A stretch of 35,132 nt of DNA from an uncultured Rhodothermales bacterium (GTDB taxonomy: Bacteria; Bacteroidota; Rhodothermia; Rhodothermales; BA12), in contig CBDUCD010000002.1 in assembly GCA_965365535.1 (NCBI GenBank), positions 1 to 35,132 of the forward strand, written 5' to 3'. Below the pieces are notes generated by a model that saw nothing but the letters and a program-made list of their open reading frames with translations, made no database searches and was not told the origin of the DNA. Each line of letters starts with the position of its first letter. The stretch's first letter is position 1. The position numbers and the translations under genes were made by a program. This document shows positions 28,459 to 35,132 of this stretch, piece after piece.

Positions 28459-28551
28459 GGGCTTTGAGGCTGCGGGGGGTGCCGCGGCACGTCCCGACCA
28501 ACGGCACCAGCACCGGATGGCAGCACGAGGGCAGGGCGCAGAGGCCGTGCC

Positions 28552-28575
28552 GGGCGCAATGCATTGCGCCCCTAC
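28552..28575 (-). repeat. GTAG-type REP-like palindrome
   Basis: Minus strand reads GTAG followed by the perfect 20-bp palindrome GGGCGCAATGCATTGCGCCC. A degenerate second unit (GTCG-GGACGTGCCGCGGCAC) lies at about 28474-28498. Confidence 0.65.
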
Positions 28576-28672
28576 GCACCCATCCCGCTTTTCTCCTGAC
28601 GGCCCCGCCGCGCGCCGTTCCAGGCGCCGCGCCCCGCCTCACCAACCACACACCACCACACCACCTCGCAAC

Positions 28673-29950
28673 ATGCCAGTCACCGTAATCATCGGCAGCC
28701 AGTGGGGCGACGAGGGGAAAGGCAAGCTCGTCGATCTCTTCAGCGCCGACATGGACGTGGTGGCCCGCTACCAGGGCGGCGCCAACGCGGGCCACACCAT
28801 CAAGTGGGGCGACCAGACGTTCGTGCTCCACCTCGTGCCCAGCGGCATTTTCCACCCGCACGTGACGTGCGTGATCGGCAACGGCGTCGTGATTGACCCG
28901 GTCGCGCTGCTCGACGAGATCGGCACGATTGAAAAGCTGGGCTACAGCGTCGAGGGGCGGCTGCTGATCTCGCACACGGCCCACCTCATCATGCCTTACC
29001 ACAAAAAGATCGAGCAGGCCCGCGAGCAGGCCCGCGAGGGCGGCGCCATCGGCACGACGGGGCGCGGCATCGGGCCGGCGTACGTGGACAAGTTCGCCCG
29101 CACGGGCATCCGCGTCGTGGACCTGCTCGACCGCGACCGGCTGCGCCGCAAGCTCACGACGGCCATCGAGGAGAAAAATGCCGTCCTGAAGGGCGTCTAT
29201 GGCGCCGAGACGCTCGACGTGGACGCCATCGTCGAGGAGTACGTCGAGTTCGACCGCCTCATTGACCCGTACGTGACCGACACGGCGTACTACCTCAACA
29301 GCGCCCTGGCCGACGGCAAGCGCGTGCTGGCCGAGGGCGCGCAGGGCTCGCTGCTGGACGTGGACTTTGGCACGTACCCTTTCGTGACGTCGTCGCACCC
29401 GACCGTGGGCGGCTGCTGCACCGGGCTGGGCGTGCCGCCGACGGCCATTAGCCGCGTCGTGGGCATCGTCAAGGCGTACTGCACGCGCGTGGGCAACGGG
29501 CCGTTCGTGACCGAACTCGACGACGCGACGGGCGAGCAGCTGCGCCGCGTGGGCCACGAGTTCGGCGCCACGACGGGCCGCCCGCGCCGCTGCGGCTGGC
29601 TCGACCTCGTGGCGCTGCGCTACTCGCGCACCATCAACGGGCTGACCGACCTCGCCATCACCAAGCTCGACGTGCTCTCGGGGCTCGACGAGGTAAAGGT
29701 GTGCACGCACTACCGCATCGGCGAAAAGGAGACCATCCGCTTTCCCTCCGACCTGGCCGCGCTCGAAAAGGCCGAGCCTGTGTACGAGACGTTTGCGGGC
29801 TGGCACGAGGACCTCACCGGCGCGCAGGACGTGAACGACCTGCCGGACGCGGCCCGCACCTACCTGCGGTTCGTGCAGCAGCAGGTGGGCGTGCCCATCT
29901 CCAGCATCTCGACCGGCCCCAAGCGCGAGCAGACCGTGGTGCTGGCATGA
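28673..29950 (+). CDS. purA: Adenylosuccinate synthetase
   Basis: GSQWGDEGKGK, RYQGGANAGHT, IGTTGRGIGPAY, EGAQG, EFGATTGRPRRCGWLD; ATG 28673. Confidence 0.99.
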   Translation: MPVTVIIGSQWGDEGKGKLVDLFSADMDVVARYQGGANAGHTIKWGDQTFVLHLVPSGIFHPHVTCVIGNGVVIDPVALLDEIGTIEKLGYSVEGRLLISHTAHLIMPYHKKIEQAREQAREGGAIGTTGRGIGPAYVDKFARTGIRVVDLLDRDRLRRKLTTAIEEKNAVLKGVYGAETLDVDAIVEEYVEFDRLIDPYVTDTAYYLNSALADGKRVLAEGAQGSLLDVDFGTYPFVTSSHPTVGGCCTGLGVPPTAISRVVGIVKAYCTRVGNGPFVTELDDATGEQLRRVGHEFGATTGRPRRCGWLDLVALRYSRTINGLTDLAITKLDVLSGLDEVKVCTHYRIGEKETIRFPSDLAALEKAEPVYETFAGWHEDLTGAQDVNDLPDAARTYLRFVQQQVGVPISSISTGPKREQTVVLA

Positions 29951-30345
29951 AGGCGCTGCGCGTGGCGGCGTACGCGTGGGCGCTGCCCAACACGGCACTC
30001 GGGCTGGCGCTCGCGGCCCTCGCCCGGGCCACGGGCGGGCGCGTGGAGGTGGTCGAGGGCGTGGTGGAGGCGACGGGCGGCTGGGCGGCGTGGCTGCTCG
30101 AACGGGCTGTCCCGCTGGCCGGCGGCGCCAGCGCCATCACGCTGGGGCACGTCGTCGTGGCGCGGTCGGCGGCGCTCGCGGCGCGCACGCGGCGCCACGA
30201 GCGCGTCCACGTGCGGCAGTACGAAAGGTGGGGGCCGTTTTTCCTGCCCGCATACTTCGGCGCAGGGGCGTGGCAGGGGCTGCGCGGGCGCGATCCGTAC
30301 CACGCCAACCCCTTCGAGCGGGAGGCTTTCCGCCAGGCGCCATGA
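29947..30345 (+). CDS. Small membrane-associated HExxH protein (minimal zincin, DUF4157-like)
   Basis: ATGA overlap with the purA stop; AITLGHVV, HERVHVRQYERWG, NPFEREA. Confidence 0.8.
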   Translation: MKALRVAAYAWALPNTALGLALAALARATGGRVEVVEGVVEATGGWAAWLLERAVPLAGGASAITLGHVVVARSAALAARTRRHERVHVRQYERWGPFFLPAYFGAGAWQGLRGRDPYHANPFEREAFRQAP

Positions 30346-31058
30346 CCCGCGTAAAGGACGTGCTGGCCGTGTGCAACGCCTTTCTCGACGCCGCCAGCTT
30401 TCCCGCCGACGACCCCAACGGCCTGTGGCACGGCAGCTCCGACCAGCCCGTGAAACGCGTCGGCCTCGCCCTCGAACCGCCCTTCGCCATTGCGGGGTGG
30501 CGCCGCGCCAGCCGCCTCGACGCCGCCTGGCTGCACCGCCCGTGGCCACCCGAGGGCGAGGAAATCCCCGAAGGCTTTCCCATCATCGCCCATCACCTCA
30601 GCTTCGACGAGCGGCTGACGCCGGGCTGGAGTCCCGTTATTGCAACCTACTTCGGCCTGCGCCACGTCGAGCCGCTGGGCGAGAAAAACGGGCGCCCCAT
30701 CGGCATGATCGGGCAGGTGGCAAAGGCGCCGCTGCGCGACTGGGTTGCCCACCTGGACGCGGACTTCGGGGGCCACGAGGCCCTCGCCGGCAGCTTGCCG
30801 GCCCGCGCGCCGGTCGAGAAAATCGCCTTTGCGGGCGCGTTCTGGCCCGAACTCGTGGCCGAGGCCGCCGCGCGCGGCGCGCACCTGTTCGTGACGGGGC
30901 AGCTGCGCCCGCCCGGCCTCGAAACGCTGCCCGGCCTGGGCATGGCCGCCCTCGCCACGGGCCACGAACGCGCCGAGCGGTGGGGCCTCCAGGTGCTGGG
31001 CGCCTTTCTCGAGCTTCAGTTTCCCGACGTGGTGTTCGAGCGGCTGCCGTTTTTGTAG
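30342..31058 (+). CDS. Nif3-like (DUF34) dinuclear metal-centre protein
   Basis: ATGA overlap with the previous stop; NGL...VKRVGLALE, LHRP, HHLSFD, FVTGQ, ATGHERAERWGL. Confidence 0.82.
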   Translation: MTRVKDVLAVCNAFLDAASFPADDPNGLWHGSSDQPVKRVGLALEPPFAIAGWRRASRLDAAWLHRPWPPEGEEIPEGFPIIAHHLSFDERLTPGWSPVIATYFGLRHVEPLGEKNGRPIGMIGQVAKAPLRDWVAHLDADFGGHEALAGSLPARAPVEKIAFAGAFWPELVAEAAARGAHLFVTGQLRPPGLETLPGLGMAALATGHERAERWGLQVLGAFLELQFPDVVFERLPFL

Positions 31059-31732
31059 ATGGCGCCCAGCAGGGCGTCGGCGTCTTCGAGCGAGTCGAGC
31101 AGCAGGTCGGGGCCGTGCGGCGCCAGCTCGTCGCGGCCAAAGCGGCCCGTGCACACGCCCACGGCAAACGCGCCAATGCCGCGCCCGCACGCGATGTCGT
31201 GCTCGGTATCGCCGAGGATGACGACGTCGTGGCCCGAGAAGGTGTGGCCCCCGTGCTGCGCGGCCCGCTGCACGGCAAGGGCGGGCAGGTCGGGCCGGTG
31301 CGCGCTGTCGCTGCCAAAGGCGCCAAAGGGGAAGTACTGCGCCAGCCCCACGCGCGCCAGCTTCTGGTAGGCGAGGGGTTCGAGGTTGCCCGTGACGAGG
31401 CCGAGCAGGGCGTCCGGGCGGGCGGCCAGCGTCTCGACGGCGTGGCGGGCGCCGGGCAGCAGGCGCACGTCGGCGTGGGGCAGCGCCCGTTCCATCTCGT
31501 CGCGGTAGGCGTCGGCGATGGAGAGGAGCAGGGCGGGGCGCCTGCCCTCGGGCACGCCCAGCATCGCCAGAATCTCGCCAAAGATCTGCGGGTCGGTTTT
31601 GCCCGAAAACGAGACGGGCTCGGTGTCCACCGCGTGCCCGAGCACGCGCGCGAGGGCGGTTTCGACGGCCTGCCGCCCCACGCCGTGGGTAAGCAGCAGG
31701 GTGCCGTCTATGTCGAAGAGGAAGAGTTTCAA
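31016..31732 (-). CDS. HAD-superfamily hydrolase (phosphoglycolate phosphatase-like)
   Basis: TTG start giving MKLFLFDIDGTLL (motif I DxD), LVTGN (motif II), ILGDTEHDIACG (motif IV). Confidence 0.92.
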   Translation of the reverse strand: MKLFLFDIDGTLLLTHGVGRQAVETALARVLGHAVDTEPVSFSGKTDPQIFGEILAMLGVPEGRRPALLLSIADAYRDEMERALPHADVRLLPGARHAVETLAARPDALLGLVTGNLEPLAYQKLARVGLAQYFPFGAFGSDSAHRPDLPALAVQRAAQHGGHTFSGHDVVILGDTEHDIACGRGIGAFAVGVCTGRFGRDELAPHGPDLLLDSLEDADALLGAIYKNGSRSNTTSGN

Positions 31733-31959
31733 GAGGCGTGAGGTTGGGGTTGTTGAGGGAGTCTGGCGGTCAGCCGGAGCCGGCGGCGCGCCACGACGGC
31801 CCGCGTGCCGTCGCTGAAGGCGACGAGGGCCGTGGCAAAGCGCGTCGAGACGACGCACCTGCCGTCGGCGCGGCGCACGGGGTTGCACGGGCGCCCCCGC
31901 CATTCGGGGCGCGTGAGGCGGTCGCCGAGGTAGTGGTAGCGGAACGGGGGTTCGGACAC
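31729..31959 (-). CDS. Small basic hypothetical protein (76 aa) translationally coupled to the HAD gene
   Basis: GTG 31959 start; YHYLGDRLTRPEWRGRPCNPVRRADGRCVVS...VVARRRLRL. Its TGA overlaps the HAD TTG (TTGA, 31732-31729). It appears in the ORF track only as the tail of an antisense ORF. Confidence 0.65.
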   Translation of the reverse strand: MSEPPFRYHYLGDRLTRPEWRGRPCNPVRRADGRCVVSTRFATALVAFSDGTRAVVARRRLRLTARLPQQPQPHAS

Positions 31960-32046
31960 GGGGGCGGCAGGGCAGGGGCGGCGCGGGTGGAACCAAGCCG
32001 CCCGCCGCCTTCTTAACGACGCCCCAAGATAGACACCGACCCGCCG

Positions 32047-34824
32047 ATGGCCGCCTCCCAAACGCCCCACCGCCTCTACCTGCTCGACGCGATGGCGCTG
32101 GCGTACCGCGCCCACTTCATCTTTATCTCGCGGCCGCTGCTCAACTCGAAAGGCGAAAACACGTCCGCTGCCTACGGATTCACTACGTCCCTCCTCAAAC
32201 TCATCGAAGACCACGAAATCCAGCACCTGGCTGTGGTTTTCGACGCCCTGACGGGCCCGCCCTCGTACCGCGACGCGCTGTACGAGCATTACAAGGCGAA
32301 CCGCCCGCCCATGCCCGACGACCTCAAGCGCAACCTGCCGTGGATCAAGGAGATCGTCGCGGCGCTCGACGTGCCGTGCCTTGAAAGGGCGGGCGTCGAG
32401 GCGGACGACGTCATTGGCACGCTGGCGCGCAAGGTCGAAGGCGAGGGCGGCAGCGTCGTCATCGTCTCGCCCGACAAGGACTTCCGCCAGCTGCTCAGCC
32501 CGCACGTGTCCATTTTCCGCCCCGCGCACCGGGGCGAGGCCTTCGACATGGCGACCGACGAGACGTTTCGCGCCGAGTATGGCCTCGACCCCATCCAGTT
32601 CATAGACGTGCTCGCCCTCATGGGCGACGCGTCCGACAACGTGCCGGGCGTGCCGGGCATCGGCGAGAAAACGGCCATCACCCTGCTCCAGCAGTACGGG
32701 TCGGTCGAAAACCTGCTCGAACACGCCGCCGACGTGAAAGGCAAAAAAGCCCGCGAGGGGCTGCTCGCCCACGCCGACGACGCCCGGATGAGCAAAAAGC
32801 TCGTCACCATCCTCACCGACGTGGACGTGGACGTGGACTGGCCCGGCTTCCGCGTGGGCACCCACGACGAGGCGGCGGTGCGCGACGTGTTCGAAAAGCT
32901 GGAGTTCCGCTCCCTTCTCGGGCGGCTGGGCGCGGCCCGCGCTGCCGCCCCCGCCGCCGACCTGTTCTCGGTCGAAGACCCGTCGCTGAGTTTCGACTTC
33001 GGGCCGTACGAGGAGGTGACGGGGCTGAAAGACGCCCCTGTCGAGTACCACATCGCGCGCAGCCGCGACGAACTCCCCGCCCTGGCCCGGTCGCTGGCTG
33101 CCCAGCCGCGCTTTGCCCTCGACACGGAAACCACCTCGACCGACGCCATGATGGCCTCGCTCGTGGGCCTGTCGTTTTCGTGGCAGGAAGGGCAGGGCGT
33201 GTACGTGCCCACGCCCCTGCCCGACGGCACGCAGACGCCCGAAGTGCTCGAAATGCTGCGGCCCGCCCTCGAATCCGACGCGCTCAAGGTGGGGCAGAAC
33301 CTCAAGTACGACCTGCTCGTGCTCGACCGCCACGGCGCCCGCGTGGCCGGCGAACTTTTCGACACGCTCGTGGCGCACTACCTCATCGCCCCCGAGGAGG
33401 AGCACAACCTCGACGCCATTGCGCGCAAGTACCTCTCGTACCGCATGGTGCCCATCACCGCCCTTATCGGCACGGGCCGCAACCAGAAGTCCATGCGCGA
33501 CGTGCCCATCGAGGACGTGGGGCCGTACGCCTGCGAAGACGCCGACGTGACGCTGCGGCTCTACCCCATTCTGGCCGAAAAGCTGGCCGAGGTGGGCATG
33601 ACCGAGATTGCCGAGACGATGGAGTTCCCCCTCGTGCGCGTGCTCGAAGCGATGGAGAAAACGGGCATCCGCGTGGACGCCTCCATGCTCGCCGACATCA
33701 GCCGAACCCTCGCCGACAGCCTCAAAAAGCTCGAAAAGGAGATTTACACCGCTGCCGGCGCGCCTTTCAACATCGGCTCGACGGCGCAGCTGGGCGAGGT
33801 GCTTTTTGGCAAGCTGGGCCTGCCCGTGCGCCAGAAAACCTCGACGGGCAAGCCCTCGACCAAGGAAAGCGCGCTGTTCGAGCTTTCGACGGAGCACCCC
33901 TTGCCGGGCCTGGTGCTCGACTGGCGGCGGCTCACCAAAATCAAGAGCACGTACGTGGACAGCCTGGGCGGGCTGCGCCACCCCGAGACGGGCCGCGTCC
34001 ACACGTCGTTCAACCAGACCATCACGGCCACGGGCCGCCTCTCGTCCTCGAACCCCAACTTGCAGAACATCCCCGTCCGGACGGAGGTGGGGCGCGAGGT
34101 GCGGCGGGCCTTCGTGCCGCGCGAAGGGTGGCTTTTGATGGCCGCCGACTACGTGCAGATCGAACTGCGCATTCTGGCGGCCATGAGCGGCGACGCGGCG
34201 CTGAAAGAGGCGTTCAGCAGCGGCGACGACATCCACACCGCCGCCGCCGCCCGCGTGTTCGGCGTGGCCCCCGGCGAGGTGACGCGCGACATGCGGCGCA
34301 AGGCGAAAGAGGTCAACTACGGCATCCCGTACGGCGTGTCGGGGTGGGGGCTGGCGCAGCGGCTGCGCTCGTCCGTAACCGAAGCGCAGGCGCTGATAGA
34401 CCAGTACGCGCAGTCGTACCCGGGCGTGATGCGCTACCTCGCCCTCGAAGTCGAAAAGGCGCGGCAGCGGGGCTACGTCGAGACGCTGTTGGGGCGTCGG
34501 CGCTACGTGCCCGCCATCAACGCGTCCAACCGCAACGAGCGCGCCTTTGCCGAGCGCGTGGCCGTCAACATGCCCATCCAGGGCACGCAGGCGGACATGA
34601 TCAAGCGGGCGATGGTGGCCATCCACCGCCGCATGGAGGCCGAAGGAATGCAGGCGCGCCTGCTATTGCAAGTCCACGACGAACTCGTCTTCGAGGTGCC
34701 GCCGGGCGAAGTCGAGGCGCTGCGCCGCCTCGTGCACGACGAGATGGTGGGCGCCCTCCCGCTCGACGGCGTGCCCGTGGAGGTGGACGTGGACACGGGC
34801 ACCAACTGGCTCGACGCGCACTGA
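32047..34824 (+). CDS. polA: DNA polymerase I
   Basis: 5'-3' exonuclease (LLDAMALAYRA, YKANR, EADD); 3'-5' exonuclease (DTET, QNLKYD, YACEDAD); polymerase motifs ADYVQIELR, RRKAKEVNYGIPYG, QVHDEL. Confidence 0.99.
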   Translation: MAASQTPHRLYLLDAMALAYRAHFIFISRPLLNSKGENTSAAYGFTTSLLKLIEDHEIQHLAVVFDALTGPPSYRDALYEHYKANRPPMPDDLKRNLPWIKEIVAALDVPCLERAGVEADDVIGTLARKVEGEGGSVVIVSPDKDFRQLLSPHVSIFRPAHRGEAFDMATDETFRAEYGLDPIQFIDVLALMGDASDNVPGVPGIGEKTAITLLQQYGSVENLLEHAADVKGKKAREGLLAHADDARMSKKLVTILTDVDVDVDWPGFRVGTHDEAAVRDVFEKLEFRSLLGRLGAARAAAPAADLFSVEDPSLSFDFGPYEEVTGLKDAPVEYHIARSRDELPALARSLAAQPRFALDTETTSTDAMMASLVGLSFSWQEGQGVYVPTPLPDGTQTPEVLEMLRPALESDALKVGQNLKYDLLVLDRHGARVAGELFDTLVAHYLIAPEEEHNLDAIARKYLSYRMVPITALIGTGRNQKSMRDVPIEDVGPYACEDADVTLRLYPILAEKLAEVGMTEIAETMEFPLVRVLEAMEKTGIRVDASMLADISRTLADSLKKLEKEIYTAAGAPFNIGSTAQLGEVLFGKLGLPVRQKTSTGKPSTKESALFELSTEHPLPGLVLDWRRLTKIKSTYVDSLGGLRHPETGRVHTSFNQTITATGRLSSSNPNLQNIPVRTEVGREVRRAFVPREGWLLMAADYVQIELRILAAMSGDAALKEAFSSGDDIHTAAAARVFGVAPGEVTRDMRRKAKEVNYGIPYGVSGWGLAQRLRSSVTEAQALIDQYAQSYPGVMRYLALEVEKARQRGYVETLLGRRRYVPAINASNRNERAFAERVAVNMPIQGTQADMIKRAMVAIHRRMEAEGMQARLLLQVHDELVFEVPPGEVEALRRLVHDEMVGALPLDGVPVEVDVDTGTNWLDAH

Positions 34825-35037
34825 CCCGGGGCTGCTTCGCCCGCCGCCGGGCCGAGATTCTGGACGGCCTTTCTCACCCGCGCGCCGGCAAATCCGGGCG
34901 GCTCAGGGCGGTGCTTTCCCGGCAGCGGAGGCTGACCTGGTATCAGGCCGAGCACCACGCGCTGCTGCGGTCCGCGTCGCAGTCCCAGCCACACCCCTGC
35001 AAGTCCGGTAGGCGCCAGAAGCGCGGCAACGGCAATC

Positions 35038-35120
35038 GGGCGTATGCGACAACGCTCTCAGCCATGGCGCATGAGCCGTATTGTATTTAGAAGAAGGGCG
35101 GGTTTGAAGGCTCCGCCTAT
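35038..35120. repeat. Two degenerate REP-like imperfect palindromes
   Basis: GGGCGTATGCGACAACGCTCT (35038-35058) and GAAGGGCGGGTTTGAAGGCTCCGCCTAT (35093-35120) in the non-coding stretch after polA. Confidence 0.35.
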
Positions 35121-35132
35121 GTTGGCCGGGTC

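Noticed and set aside
28457-28672. 72-codon N-terminal extension of purA in the ORF track
   Set aside because: It runs through REP-like and promoter DNA. The family-typical start MPVTVIIGSQWGDEGKGK begins at 28673.
31016-31058. 43-nt convergent overlap of the Nif3 and HAD genes
   Set aside because: Common in compact high-GC genomes; no sign of special function.
31733-31996. N-terminal extension of the HAD ORF
   Set aside because: Motif I normally lies within a few residues of the start, and TTG 31732 fits. The extension overlaps the small upstream ORF.
31960-34626. Bulk of the 965-aa minus-strand ORF (31729-34626)
   Set aside because: Antisense to polA. Only the last 76 codons, outside polA, are kept as a probable gene.
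1-35132. CRISPR arrays, tRNA/rRNA genes, integrases, transposases, phage or defence genes
   Set aside because: No regularly spaced repeats, RNA-gene signatures or corresponding protein motifs seen by eye. A covariance-model scan would be needed to exclude small ncRNAs.

Overview
High-GC bacterial chromosome segment. The gene set, split secD/secF, T9SS-type C-terminal sorting domains and absence of Shine-Dalgarno sites suggest Rhodothermota or the wider FCB group (inference). Block 1 (1-5801): a secreted TPR-like protein, an Asp-box beta-propeller lipoprotein and an Oar-type TonB-dependent receptor. Block 2 (about 5802-19400): a lower-GC accessory island with no mobility gene. It holds a minus-strand run of exported proteins (M30-like metallopeptidase with T9SS CTD, a lipoprotein, a lipase-fold protein lacking the catalytic Ser, a PQQ-type propeller lipoprotein, a decayed small beta-barrel gene, and a large alpha/beta-hydrolase plus beta-helix protein with T9SS CTD). 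Divergent from this run are a NarX/NarL-type two-component pair and a lipoprotein. Block 3 (19432-35132): core genes, namely an orphan YnjB-like ABC binding protein, dipeptidyl peptidase IV, alr, secD, secF, a STAS protein, purA with two coupled genes, a HAD hydrolase with a coupled small ORF, and polA. The two best candidates for novelty are a 172-aa membrane-targeted ORF ending PRAP-stop directly upstream of secD (a possible secretion-monitoring ribosome arrest peptide) and the island's exported hydrolase/pseudo-lipase/lipoprotein module. REP-like palindromes lie upstream of purA and downstream of polA. All calls come from reading motifs by eye; no database search was run.
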